Shown piece by piece: positions 7,032 through 16,146 of a stretch of 32,000 bases of DNA. This DNA is from Geobacter metallireducens GS-15 (GTDB lineage: Bacteria; Desulfobacterota; Desulfuromonadia; Geobacterales; Geobacteraceae). The translations under genes and the position numbers were made by a program. The DNA lies in NCBI RefSeq assembly GCF_000012925.1, contig NC_007517.1, forward strand, positions 3,030,001-3,062,000. Reading direction: 5' to 3'. Below the pieces are notes generated by a model. It was not told the DNA's origin. It made no database searches and worked only from the letters and a program-made list of their open reading frames with translations. How positions within the stretch are numbered: the first letter of the stretch is position 1; each line of letters opens with the position of its first letter.

Positions 7032-8225
7032 TCAGAGAATAAGCAGTTCCTGGTCAGAGAACGTGAGTTGCTTCAACCCTTCATAATGGGAGATATAAAA
7101 AGTGTTCTCAATGCCGATGGCCCCCTCTCCGGGGAAGATGACCTTCGGTTCGAACGCGAAAACCATTCCCGGCTCGAGAACCATGTCCGTAAACCCCTTG
7201 GCGATAAAGGGGTATTCGTCGACTTCTATACCAATGCCATGACCAATAAAGGAAACCCGCGCCCCCTTCGCCCCCATGAAATTGTCGGCATAGCCGAGTT
7301 CAGCGGCCAGGGCGACACAGACATCGTAAACGTGACTCCAGGGTGTGCCGGGCACGGCCACTTCGGTCATCCGTTCCTGAACCCGAAGCATGTCATCATA
7401 GGCCTTTTTCATGCGATCGGAGAGAGCGCCGAGAGCAATGACGCGGGTCTGGTCCACAAGGTAGCCGTCAACGCAACCGGCGAAGTCGACAATGATCGGC
7501 TCCCCCCTCTCTATCCGCTTCAGCCCAGCCCCCTGCCCGAAGGAGGGATTGAGCCCGAGCCCCCCAAGAGGGGTGTCCATATAGGCGGGAACTGCGGTAT
7601 CGGTTCCCGAGAAGACCTGGGCAAAAAAGAGTTCGGCATTGAAGCCCCTCATGCGGACATACCCCTGGTGCGCTTCCTTGCGGGCGGCGAACTCAAGCTC
7701 TGCTGCCAGTTCCAGATCGGTCATCCCCTCGCGGACAACCTCCCGGGCACGGCGGTAGACCTTGTCGACCTGATTGGCCGCATCCTGGAGCAGGTGAATC
7801 TCGTATTTGCTTTTAATCATCCGGACACGCCGGATAAGGGTTGATGCATCGACAAAATCGCCAGCAGGGAAGACCGCGCGGTAACGGGCAAAGAAGTTGA
7901 CCGGCACGACATCGAATTCCATGCCGATGCGGATGGGCGTAGCATAACCGTACTTTGTCAGAATCTCGGGGATTTCTCTCATGGAGGCAAAGGGAACAAT
8001 CTCTTTCAGCCCGGATTCCATCCGAGCCCGGGAGACCTCCTTGCGGACCATGTAGATGGGGTCGCCCGCCACCGGCACGTAGAGAGCGCCGTTCTGAATG
8101 GTGCCGGTGAAATAGAAGAGGTCGGCATTCTGGACAACTATGACGGCATCGAGCCCCGCTTCCGCCATGTAAGCCTGGAGCTTCTTGATGCGATATTCGA
8201 GTTCATCCCTCGGGGTAAGGCGCAT
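7032..8225 (-). CDS. M24-family Xaa-Pro aminopeptidase/dipeptidase
   Basis: 397 aa. It has an N-terminal creatinase/prolidase-type domain and a C-terminal pita-bread fold with metal-ligand contexts (VDFAGCVDGYLVDQTR, FIGHGIGIEVDEYP, FAFEPK, IENT). Confidence 0.88.
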   Translation of the reverse strand: MRLTPRDELEYRIKKLQAYMAEAGLDAVIVVQNADLFYFTGTIQNGALYVPVAGDPIYMVRKEVSRARMESGLKEIVPFASMREIPEILTKYGYATPIRIGMEFDVVPVNFFARYRAVFPAGDFVDASTLIRRVRMIKSKYEIHLLQDAANQVDKVYRRAREVVREGMTDLELAAELEFAARKEAHQGYVRMRGFNAELFFAQVFSGTDTAVPAYMDTPLGGLGLNPSFGQGAGLKRIERGEPIIVDFAGCVDGYLVDQTRVIALGALSDRMKKAYDDMLRVQERMTEVAVPGTPWSHVYDVCVALAAELGYADNFMGAKGARVSFIGHGIGIEVDEYPFIAKGFTDMVLEPGMVFAFEPKVIFPGEGAIGIENTFYISHYEGLKQLTFSDQELLIL

Positions 8226-8271
8226 GGTTGGGTTCTCCCGGACTGAATCGTCAGAAAATCACTGATTATAT

Positions 8272-8421
8272 CTACTGCTGTTCCGGCTCTGAAGCGGCGG
8301 CCCGCGCCTTGCGCTGGAGCTGACGGCGCTTCCGGCCGCCGAGGAAGGCCTCCTCGACGATGATCGCCACAAAACAGGCGACAAAAAGGACCAGGAGTAT
8401 GCCCAGTATCTTTTCCCTCAT
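8272..8421 (-). CDS. Possible 49-aa single-pass membrane protein
   Basis: Too short for the ORF track. My translation is MREKILGILLVLFVACFVAIIVEEAFLGGRKRRQLQRKARAAASEPEQQ*. It has one hydrophobic helix followed by a basic tail. It sits between the acyl-CoA synthetase stop (8434) and the peptidase start (8225) on the same strand. I recognised no homology. Confidence 0.35.
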   Translation of the reverse strand: MREKILGILLVLFVACFVAIIVEEAFLGGRKRRQLQRKARAAASEPEQQ

Positions 8422-8433
8422 AACCGAGCCCCC

Positions 8434-10092
8434 CTACGCGGCATCGCCGGCACCTTCGAGGCCCAGTTCCTTGATGGCCATTTCCCGCAGCTTGAACTTC
8501 TGGATCTTGCCGCTGGCAGTCATGGGATAGCCAGCCACAAACTTCACGTACTTGGGAATTTTATAGTTGGCAATTTTCCCCCGGCAGAACTCCTTGACCT
8601 CGTCCTCGGTCATCTCCACCCCGTTTTTCAGGATGATGGCAGCCATGACCTGCTCGCCGTACTTGCGATCCGGCACGCCGTAGATCTGCACGTCGGAGAT
8701 CTTCGGGTGGGTGTAGAGAAACTCCTCGATCTCCTTGGGGTATATATTCTCACCGCCGCGGATGATCATCTGCTTGATGCGACCGGTGATCTTGCAGTAG
8801 CCGTTCTCGTCCATCACTGCCAGGTCGCCGGTATGGAGCCAGCCATCGGCATCGATGACCTTGGCGGTCTCTTCCGGCATCTTGTAGTAACCCTTCATGA
8901 CCATGTAGCCCCGGGCGCAGAGCTCGCCCTGCTTCCCGGGCGGCAGCGTGGCGCCGGTCTCGATATCGACGGTCTTTACTTCGGCGCCGGGGAGCGCCCG
9001 CCCGACAGTGGAGACGCGCAGCTCAACCGAATCCTCGGTGCGGGTCTGGGTGATTCCCGGGGAGGATTCGGTCTGCCCATAGACACTGGTAAGCTCGGTC
9101 AGGTTCATATCCTTGACGCACCGTTTCATGACCTCGATGGGACAGACCGAGCCGGCCATGATGCCGGTGCGGAGGGTGGAGAGATCGAACTTCGCGAAAT
9201 CCGGATGCTCCAGCTCAGCAATAAACATGGTCGGCACGCCATGAACGGCGGTGCAGCGCTCCTTTTCAACGGTCTGAAGAACCTTGAGCGGGTCGAAAAT
9301 CTCCACCGGCACCATGGCGGTGGCGTGAGTAACGCTGGCCATGACAGCCAGCACAGAGCCAAAGCAGTGGAAGAAGGGAACGGGGATGCAGAGCCGGTCC
9401 TTATCCGTGAACTTCATGCACTCGCCAATGTGATAGCCGTTGTTGACCAGGTTGTAGTGGGTCAGCATGACCCCCTTGGGAAAGCCGGTGGTGCCGGAAG
9501 TGTACTGCATATTGATGACATCGTGGACATCAAGGGAGGACTCAACTGCCGCCAGCTGCTCATCGGGCACCTCTTTCCCCATCTCCGCGATCTTCTCGAA
9601 ATTGAGCATCCCTGCCGGCGTATCCTCACCGATAAAGACAACTCTTTTCAGGAAGGGGAGCTTGGGAGTAGTGAGGAGACCCGCTTCGGCCGATGCCAGC
9701 TCTGGCACCACCTCGGAAAGGGTCGCCACATAGTCCGTGTCCTTCCAGGACCGGACCATGAAGAGAGTGGTGGAATCGGACTGGTCAAGGAGGTATTCCA
9801 GTTCCGCCGACTTGTAGGCAGTGTTGACCGTCACCAGAACGACGCCGATCTTGGCGGTGGCGAACTGGAGAATGACCCACTCGGGAACGTTGTAGGCCCA
9901 GATGGCCACGTGGTCTCCCTTCCTGACGCCGAGCTTCAGCAACCCCTTGGCCACCTGGCGGCAGATATCATTGAACTGCCGGTAGGAGTACCGGAGCCCC
10001 CGTTCCGGGTAGACAAGGGCATCATTGTCGGGAAACGTTACAGCCATGTGGTCGAGCAGTCCACCGATCGTAAAATCAAGATGTTGCGCCAT
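8434..10092 (-). CDS. AMP-dependent acyl-CoA synthetase/ligase (fatty-acid-CoA ligase family)
   Basis: 552 aa with the AMP-binding signature [16 protein letters not shown], plus the [16 protein letters not shown] and [10 protein letters not shown] motifs. GGAGGGGG lies upstream of the ATG. Confidence 0.9.
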   Translation of the reverse strand: MAQHLDFTIGGLLDHMAVTFPDNDALVYPERGLRYSYRQFNDICRQVAKGLLKLGVRKGDHVAIWAYNVPEWVILQFATAKIGVVLVTVNTAYKSAELEYLLDQSDSTTLFMVRSWKDTDYVATLSEVVPELASAEAGLLTTPKLPFLKRVVFIGEDTPAGMLNFEKIAEMGKEVPDEQLAAVESSLDVHDVINMQYTSGTTGFPKGVMLTHYNLVNNGYHIGECMKFTDKDRLCIPVPFFHCFGSVLAVMASVTHATAMVPVEIFDPLKVLQTVEKERCTAVHGVPTMFIAELEHPDFAKFDLSTLRTGIMAGSVCPIEVMKRCVKDMNLTELTSVYGQTESSPGITQTRTEDSVELRVSTVGRALPGAEVKTVDIETGATLPPGKQGELCARGYMVMKGYYKMPEETAKVIDADGWLHTGDLAVMDENGYCKITGRIKQMIIRGGENIYPKEIEEFLYTHPKISDVQIYGVPDRKYGEQVMAAIILKNGVEMTEDEVKEFCRGKIANYKIPKYVKFVAGYPMTASGKIQKFKLREMAIKELGLEGAGDAA

Positions 10093-10170
10093 GGAACCCC
10101 CTCCATTGTTTCATTCTGTCGACCCCACCTTTGACAAACCACAACCATTTGATTTAATGGAGTTTTGATG

Positions 10171-10198
10171 AATTATCACGCTACAGACGGCAAGTCAA
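10171..10198 (-). promoter_or_regulatory. Candidate sigma70-type promoter for the acyl-CoA synthetase gene (TTGACT-N16-ATAATT)
   Basis: The reverse complement of 10171-10198 reads TTGACTtgccgtctgtagcgtgATAATT. It lies about 80 nt upstream of the ATG at 10092. Confidence 0.3.
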
Positions 10199-10468
10199 GG
10201 AATTAGAACGGAGTATTATTTAGTACGCTTCTTCACCATTTCCGTGGTACACATTTCCGAAAATAATGCTTGACAGCAAGTAAGGTCTACCTTTCAGGCA
10301 CTTACAGCAACAGCCTGATTTAATTGACTTTTATCATCTGCAGCCGCCGACTTTAACTGCACATTTTTTATGCATTACGCTATTTATGGCCGTATTAATG
10401 ACCCTTTGCATTTCGTTTCTGTTTTTTTCCACAAGGGTATCCACATTTTGTGTGGAAAGTCCGCTTAC

Positions 10469-10491
10469 AGGCCGTTTTTACGGCTTTTTTT
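10469..10491 (+). terminator. Terminator-like hairpin GCCGT-TTTT-ACGGC followed by T7, immediately upstream of the phoB Pho-box candidate
   Basis: Read directly from the sequence. The stem is only 5-7 bp, followed by seven T. No annotated plus-strand gene lies upstream of it. Confidence 0.25.
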
Positions 10492-10497
10492 CACACC

Positions 10498-10530
10498 TGT
10501 AACACGAATGCAATATTCAGAACATACCAT
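10498..10530 (+). promoter_or_regulatory. Pho-box-like direct repeat TGTAAC-N5-TGCAAT, then a -10-like TACCAT 10 nt downstream (phoB promoter candidate)
   Basis: Hexamers at 10498-10503 and 10509-10514 are phased at 11 bp. TACCAT is at 10525-10530, AAGGAG at 10538-10543 and the ATG at 10555. The same geometry occurs upstream of psiE and pstS. Confidence 0.45.
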
Positions 10531-10554
10531 CTCCGGCAAGGAGATACTAAACGA

Positions 10555-11235
10555 ATGCAAACCGTCCTGATCATCGAAGACGAAAAAGACCTGGCGGAAC
10601 TCGTTTCCTTCAACCTGGAGAAGGAAGGATACCGGACCATCGCGGCCCCCGATGGCATCAGCGGCCTCGACGAGGCACAGAGGCAGGTCCCGGACCTTAT
10701 CTTACTCGACCTGATGCTCCCGGGCATGATGGGAACCGAGGTCTGCAAGATACTGAAAAAGTCGGAGAAAACCGCGAAAATCCCAGTCATCATGCTGACG
10801 GCCCGGGGAGAAGAGATCGACCGGGTGGTGGGGTTCGAGGTGGGCGCCGACGATTACGTGGTGAAGCCCTTCTCCACCCGGGAACTGCTCCTGAGGATCA
10901 AAGCGGTGCTGCGCCGTTCGCTGCCGGACGAACCCTCGGGAAAAACCATGAGGATCGGGCCGATCGCCATCGACCCGGACCGCCACACGGTGGCCGTGGC
11001 AGGGGAAGAGATAGTCCTTACCACCACTGAATTCAAGCTGCTCCTCAATCTCGCCGAACGCCTGGGGCGGGTCCAGAGCCGCGACCTTCTCCTGAAAAAC
11101 GTCTGGGGATACAACTACGTGGGGGACACCCGCACGGTTGACACGCACATCACTCGTCTGCGCACGAAGCTGGGCCCGGCCGGCGACCTGATCAAGACAG
11201 TTCGCGGTTTCGGCTACAAGATGGAGGAGCCGTGA
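10555..11235 (+). CDS. phoB: Phosphate regulon response regulator (OmpR/PhoB family)
   Basis: The track ORF 10450..11235 is trimmed to MQTVLIIEDEKDL, which has an AAGGAG SD. That gives 226 aa. It has a REC domain (LLDLMLPG, VVKPF) and a winged helix (VDTHITRLRTKL, RGFGYK). It is adjacent to and overlaps phoR. Confidence 0.9.
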   Translation: MQTVLIIEDEKDLAELVSFNLEKEGYRTIAAPDGISGLDEAQRQVPDLILLDLMLPGMMGTEVCKILKKSEKTAKIPVIMLTARGEEIDRVVGFEVGADDYVVKPFSTRELLLRIKAVLRRSLPDEPSGKTMRIGPIAIDPDRHTVAVAGEEIVLTTTEFKLLLNLAERLGRVQSRDLLLKNVWGYNYVGDTRTVDTHITRLRTKLGPAGDLIKTVRGFGYKMEEP

Positions 11236-13001
11236 GATTCACCATCCAGTGGAAGCTCATGGCTTCCTACCTCCTTCTCGTGCTCTTCATCGGCGGGGTC
11301 TTCTTCGCCTACCTGAACCACACCCTGAACCAGCACCTGACGGCGGAGATCCGGCAAAACCTCGCCACTGAGGCCCGGCTGACCCGGATGATCGCCCACC
11401 GCGACATCGGCAGAATGAAGGACGATGCCCCGGCAGTGGCTGCCGCAATCTCGCGGGAGACGAGGGCGCGGGTGACCATCATCCTCGCCGGCGGCGAGGT
11501 GGTCGGGGATTCGGAGATTGCTCCCGGCCAGTTGAAGGAACTTGAGAACCACCTGAATCGACCGGAGGTCCAGCAGGCGCTGAAGAGCGGCAGTGGGGAA
11601 TCAATCCGCTACTCGGCGACGATCAAGACCCCCATGCTCTACGTGGCGGTTCCGCTGCAGACCGCCGGCGGCGAAGAGGGATTTGTCCGGCTCTCCCTTC
11701 CCCTCACCGCCCTGGAAAAGGCAGAGGGGAGCATCAGAACACTCCTGGGGGCATCCCTGGCGGTCTCACTCCTCGTTGCCCTCGTTCTGAGCTACATCCT
11801 CTCCCGGGTGACGTCCCGGTCACTGCGCACCATCACGGCGCTGGCGAAACAGATCGGCAAGGGAAACTTCAACAGGAGGATCCCGGTCCCGACCCGCGAC
11901 GAGGTGGGGGAGCTGGCCCGGGTGATGAACGACATGGCGGCCCGGATAGAGCAGCAGCTGGAGCGAACCTCGGCAGAGAAAAACCGGCTCGACACCATCC
12001 TGCGGGGGATGGGGGAAGGGCTTATGGTAACGGATGCCAACGGTCTGATCACCCTGGTCAATCCAGCCTTTCTCGGCCTCTTCTCCCTGAATGAAAGCGT
12101 GGAAGGAAGACACATCATCGAGATCGCGCGGCATCCGGTCCTCAACGATGCCTTCAAGGCCATCGTCGCCTCCGGGGACGAACGGGTCGAGAAGATGACT
12201 CTCACCATGGGGGAGGAGAAGCATGTCCTGACCCACTGGGTGCCCCTTGTGGACAACGGGGAGTTGCAGGGGGTCGTGGCGGTCTTCCATGACATCACCG
12301 ATCTGACGCGGCTGGAAAACATCCGGCGGGATTTCGTGGCCAACGTCTCCCATGAGCTGAGAACGCCGGTTACCGTCATCAAGGGGTATGCCGAGGCGCT
12401 CATCGACGGCGCCATGGAAACCGATCCCGAGCGGGCGCGAAAGTTTGTCGGGATCATCCTCAGCCACTCGGAGCGGCTCGCCGCCCTGATCGGCGACCTC
12501 CTCACCCTCTCCCAGCTGGAGGCGGGGAGCATGAACCTTGAGAAGACGACGGTCAGACCGGAGCAGGTGGCAAAGCGTGCCATGGAGCTTTTACAGCCGA
12601 AGGCTGCCCGGAAGGGGATTACCATCGACTGCTCGGGGTTGAGCGGGGCGCAGTCGGTGCTGGCCGATCCGGGCCGGCTCGAACAGGTGCTGGTCAACCT
12701 CCTCGACAACGCCATCAAATATACCCCGGAGGGGGGGGCAATCTCGTTTTCCGCCGCAGTCAAGGAGAATATGGTCCGCATCGGCGTAAAGGATACCGGC
12801 GTCGGCATCCCTCCCAAGGACCTCCCCCGGATCTTCGAGCGGTTCTACCGGGTGGACACGGCCCGCAGCCGCGATGAAGGGGGGACCGGCCTCGGGCTCT
12901 CCATCGTGAAGCACATCGTCCAGCTCCATGGCGGCGCCGTGGGGGTGGAGAGCGAGCCCGGCAAGGGATCGGAATTCTGGTTTACCATCAAGAAGGCCTG
13001 A
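11232..13001 (+). CDS. phoR: Phosphate regulon sensor histidine kinase
   Basis: 589 aa. The GTG start overlaps the phoB stop (GTGA). Domain order: TM1, an extracytoplasmic loop of about 140 aa, TM2, HAMP, PAS, HisKA (SHELRTP), HATPase (LLDNAIKYT, DTGVGI, GTGLGLSIV). Confidence 0.88.
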   Translation: MRFTIQWKLMASYLLLVLFIGGVFFAYLNHTLNQHLTAEIRQNLATEARLTRMIAHRDIGRMKDDAPAVAAAISRETRARVTIILAGGEVVGDSEIAPGQLKELENHLNRPEVQQALKSGSGESIRYSATIKTPMLYVAVPLQTAGGEEGFVRLSLPLTALEKAEGSIRTLLGASLAVSLLVALVLSYILSRVTSRSLRTITALAKQIGKGNFNRRIPVPTRDEVGELARVMNDMAARIEQQLERTSAEKNRLDTILRGMGEGLMVTDANGLITLVNPAFLGLFSLNESVEGRHIIEIARHPVLNDAFKAIVASGDERVEKMTLTMGEEKHVLTHWVPLVDNGELQGVVAVFHDITDLTRLENIRRDFVANVSHELRTPVTVIKGYAEALIDGAMETDPERARKFVGIILSHSERLAALIGDLLTLSQLEAGSMNLEKTTVRPEQVAKRAMELLQPKAARKGITIDCSGLSGAQSVLADPGRLEQVLVNLLDNAIKYTPEGGAISFSAAVKENMVRIGVKDTGVGIPPKDLPRIFERFYRVDTARSRDEGGTGLGLSIVKHIVQLHGGAVGVESEPGKGSEFWFTIKKA

Positions 13002-13028
13002 TGCCGAGGCGGGGCTGGTCCGCTGCCG

Positions 13029-14021
13029 TCACCGTCCCCCGGCCAGCCACGGGCCATTCACCACATTGATCGGCGAACCGGCCAGAAACGCAGCCACATT
13101 GGCCGCAACGACCCCGGTGAGTCTCCGGCGGGCCGCCAGCGACGCCCAGGCCAGGTGCGGCGTGAAGATGCAATTGGGTGCCGCCAGGAGGGGGTTGTCG
13201 GGAAGCATCGGCTCATGGGCCACCACGTCGAGCCCCGCGCCGGCCAGGGTGCCATCCCGAAGCGCCCGGGCCAGGTCGGCTTCGTTCACCAACCCTCCCC
13301 GGGCCACATTGATGAGGTAGGCGCTCCGCTTCATGAGGGAGAGGAGCCCTTCGTTGACAAATTCGGTATTTTCCGGGGTCTGCGGACAGTTGAGGGTCAC
13401 CACGTCGGCGGTGGCGAAGAGCTCTTCGAGGGATACGAAACGCACCGGAACCGGCCCCGGATCGGCGGGAATACGGGGCGCATGGGCGATCGTCCGCATC
13501 CCGAAGGCCTGGGCGATCCGGGCCACGGCGCGGCCGATGGCGCCGTAGCCCACAATGCCCAGGGTAAGGCCGTCCAGCTCCACGATCGATGTTTTCCAGA
13601 AGGAGTGGTCGGGGCAGTGGCTCCATTCGCCGCCTCGAACGGCGGCGTCATGGAGCCCCACCCGCGTGGTGAGTTCCAGCAACAGGGCAAAGGCGGTCTG
13701 GGCCACCGATTCGGTCGAGTAGGCCGGAACGTTGGAAACCGGAATGCCGCGCCGGCCCGCGGCCGCCACGTCCACGTTGTTGTACCCCGTGGCAAGGAGC
13801 GATATGTAACGAAGCCTCGGCAGCGCCGCGATGGTCGCCTCGTCCAGCTTCACCTTGCTGGTGAGGATGATCTCCGCATCGCGGGCTCGCTCCAGTTTCA
13901 GCTCGGGAGGGGTACGGTCATGGATGGTGCAGTCGCCGTATTCTTCCACCGGCGTCCAGGGATTGTCTCCCGGGTTGATGGTGTAGCCGTCCAGAATGAC
14001 AATGCGGGTCCTCTCTCCCAT
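13029..14021 (-). CDS. D-isomer-specific 2-hydroxyacid dehydrogenase (glycerate dehydrogenase/hydroxypyruvate reductase-like)
   Basis: 330 aa with the NAD-binding motif GIVGYGAIGRAV and the catalytic contexts INVARGGLVNE and TPHLAWAS. Confidence 0.88.
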   Translation of the reverse strand: MGERTRIVILDGYTINPGDNPWTPVEEYGDCTIHDRTPPELKLERARDAEIILTSKVKLDEATIAALPRLRYISLLATGYNNVDVAAAGRRGIPVSNVPAYSTESVAQTAFALLLELTTRVGLHDAAVRGGEWSHCPDHSFWKTSIVELDGLTLGIVGYGAIGRAVARIAQAFGMRTIAHAPRIPADPGPVPVRFVSLEELFATADVVTLNCPQTPENTEFVNEGLLSLMKRSAYLINVARGGLVNEADLARALRDGTLAGAGLDVVAHEPMLPDNPLLAAPNCIFTPHLAWASLAARRRLTGVVAANVAAFLAGSPINVVNGPWLAGGR

Positions 14022-14072
14022 TCATTCCTCTCCTTGCAAGAATATTCAAATTTCAACACCGCCGATGACCAC

Positions 14073-14095
14073 GGGGAGGGAACCTTCTCCTCCCC
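14073..14095 (-). other. GC-rich hairpin GGGGAGG-N9-CCTCCCC between cstA and the dehydrogenase gene, with no U tract
   Basis: Read directly from the sequence. It lies in the 124-nt cstA-dehydrogenase spacer. Confidence 0.3.
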
Positions 14096-14145
14096 TCCCC
14101 GCAATCATGCCATAACCATCCGCAACCGCAACGGGACGGAAACCG

Positions 14146-15993
14146 TTACTCCTGCAAGGGGAGCGGCTCGTACCTCTCGGCCGGCGACTCCACCGGCACC
14201 AGAACCAGGTCGCCGTTGGCATCAAGCACCTTCTCCCGGATCTGCAACAACGCATACCATTTACGGAACGCCTCGATGAAGACGATGGCCATCAGCACCA
14301 TCAGCACGACGGACAGGACCACGAGCAGGGTAAGCCCCTTGGGCAGGAAGTTCTTGGTGATGTTCAGGTACCCTGCGGTCATGGTGACCGGAATCATGAA
14401 GATCCCCGGGACCGCGGTGACCCAGGCGTAGCGGGCCTTGCCGAGCCTGATGAGCATGGTGGTGCCGACGATGAGGGCGCAGGTGGCGAGGAGCTGGTTG
14501 CTCATGCCGAACAGGGGCCAGATGGTGGTGATGTCGCCGGTGTAGACCAGGTAGCCCCAGGCGGAGGTAAAGAGGATACTCGTAACGATGACCCCTGGCG
14601 TCCACGTGTTATCGGCAAAGCGCGGATAGAGCTTGCCGAGCATCTCCTGGAGGAGATAGCGGCCGACCCGGGTACCGGCATCGACGGCAGTGAGAATAAA
14701 GACCGCCTCGAACATGATGGCGAAGTGGTACCAGTAGGCCATCATGCTCTTCATGACCGGAATCGACGAGAAGATGTAGGCCATCCCCACCGCCAGGGAG
14801 ACCGCGCCGCCGGGCCGCCCCTGGACCTGCTCGCCCACCGCCTGGGAGAGTGCCGGCAGGTTCACGGGGGCCATATTGAGGGCCTGGAACGCCTTGGGGG
14901 CGGCGTTGATGGCGAAGTAGTCGGCCGGGACCAGCACACAGGCGGCGATGAGGGCCATGATCGCCACAAACCCTTCGGTCAGCATGGCGCCGTAGCCGAC
15001 GAAGAGGATATCCCGCTCGTTGGCGATCATCTTCGGGGTGGTGCCGGAGCCGATGATGGCGTGGAAACCGGAGAGGGCGCCGCAGGCAATGGTCACGAAG
15101 ATGAAGGGGAAGACCGCGCCGGGGATCACCGGACCGCCGCCGCTCACATAGCTGGTGATGGCGGGCATCTGGAGCTGGGGATGCACGGCGACGATCCCGA
15201 GGGCCAGCAGGGCGATGGTGCCGATCTTCAGGTAGGTTGAGAGATAGTCGCGGGGGACCAGGAGGAACCAGACCGGCAGCACCGAGGCGAAGAATCCGTA
15301 GATGGGGATGATGAGCGCGATCTGCTTCTTGGAAAAGGTGAAGAACGCCGCCAGCTCGGGATTGGCGGCCACGTAGGGCCCGGTCAGGATCGCCAGGGCG
15401 AGGAGTGCAACGCCGATGATGCTCCCCCCCTTCACGTCCCCCGGCCGGATCTTCTGCATGTAAACCCCCATGACCATGGCGATGGGAATGGTGCAGAAGA
15501 CGGTGTAGGTTCCCCAGGGGCTGTTGAACATGGCGTTCACGACGGCAATGGAGAGGCCGGCCAGGGTCAGGATGAGAATGAAGAGAATGGCCACGGAAGC
15601 CACCTTCCCCGCGGCTTTGCCGATCTCGGTCTCGGCGATGCGCGAAAGGCTCTTGCCCCGGTGCCGCACCGAGGCGAAGAGGACGATGGCATCGTGGACC
15701 GCGCCGGCCAGAACGGCCCCGACGATAATCCAGAGGGCCCCCGGCAGGAACCCGAACTGGGCAGCGAGCACCGGCCCCAGGAGGGGGCCCGCCGCGGCGA
15801 TGGCCGCGAAGTGGTGGCCGAACAGGACGTACTTGTTGGTCTTCACGTAGTCGTGCCCGTCCGCCATGGTGGTGGCAGGCGTTGCGCGGTCCTCCCGCAG
15901 CCCCAGCACCCTGTTCGCCAGAAACAGGCCATAGTAGCGGTAGGCAAGCGCAAAGACGCACAGTGCCACAAAAATGAGTGTCAACGCATTCAT
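14146..15993 (-). CDS. cstA: CstA-family transporter (carbon starvation protein A / BtsT-like pyruvate-peptide transporter)
   Basis: The track ORF 14146..16083 is trimmed to MNALTLIFVAL, which has GGGGGAGA upstream. That gives 615 aa. It is polytopic and carries the CstA signature FGHHFAAIAAAGPLLGPVLAAQFGFLPG. Confidence 0.9.
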   Translation of the reverse strand: MNALTLIFVALCVFALAYRYYGLFLANRVLGLREDRATPATTMADGHDYVKTNKYVLFGHHFAAIAAAGPLLGPVLAAQFGFLPGALWIIVGAVLAGAVHDAIVLFASVRHRGKSLSRIAETEIGKAAGKVASVAILFILILTLAGLSIAVVNAMFNSPWGTYTVFCTIPIAMVMGVYMQKIRPGDVKGGSIIGVALLALAILTGPYVAANPELAAFFTFSKKQIALIIPIYGFFASVLPVWFLLVPRDYLSTYLKIGTIALLALGIVAVHPQLQMPAITSYVSGGGPVIPGAVFPFIFVTIACGALSGFHAIIGSGTTPKMIANERDILFVGYGAMLTEGFVAIMALIAACVLVPADYFAINAAPKAFQALNMAPVNLPALSQAVGEQVQGRPGGAVSLAVGMAYIFSSIPVMKSMMAYWYHFAIMFEAVFILTAVDAGTRVGRYLLQEMLGKLYPRFADNTWTPGVIVTSILFTSAWGYLVYTGDITTIWPLFGMSNQLLATCALIVGTTMLIRLGKARYAWVTAVPGIFMIPVTMTAGYLNITKNFLPKGLTLLVVLSVVLMVLMAIVFIEAFRKWYALLQIREKVLDANGDLVLVPVESPAERYEPLPLQE

Positions 15994-16146
15994 TGTCTCC
16001 CCCTTTCTCTCCGTTGAGAAACCGTCGTCTCGTCCACCCCGTCGCCTCTCCGCCCCGCTAGGGTGCGGGTCGTAGCGCTGCAACAGGGTTATGCTCCGTT
16101 ATGGTTCAGCATAGAGGAAACGCGCGGGGAAAAACCGGAAAAACGG

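Noticed and set aside
6883-7086. 67-aa plus-strand ORF in the gltA/peptidase spacer
   Set aside because: It has no SD, starts in an AT-rich promoter region, runs into the 3' end of the convergent peptidase gene, and its composition is unremarkable.
8707-10134. 475-aa plus-strand ORF covering the whole acyl-CoA synthetase locus
   Set aside because: It is exactly antisense to a gene with unmistakable AMP-binding motifs. Its translation is a low-complexity G/H/D/L/R mix with no motif. Long stop-free antisense frames are expected at about 60% GC with strong third-position GC bias.
10370-10570. 66-aa plus-strand ORF upstream of phoB
   Set aside because: It runs through the terminator-like hairpin, the Pho-box candidate and the phoB SD and start. 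It has no SD of its own.
13155-14279. 374-aa plus-strand ORF, plus smaller ORFs (13213..13626, 13397..13795, 12928..13320), over the dehydrogenase gene
   Set aside because: They are antisense or off-frame to a clear D-2-hydroxyacid dehydrogenase. The translations are Arg/Gly/Pro/His-rich with no recognisable domain and no SD.
14609-15961. 450-aa minus-strand ORF in an alternative frame of cstA, plus plus-strand ORFs 14725..15240, 15524..15850 and 15661..16017
   Set aside because: The cstA frame carries the family signature and a polytopic hydrophobic profile. The alternative frame is an Arg/Pro/Gly/His-rich read-through typical of GC-rich off-frames.
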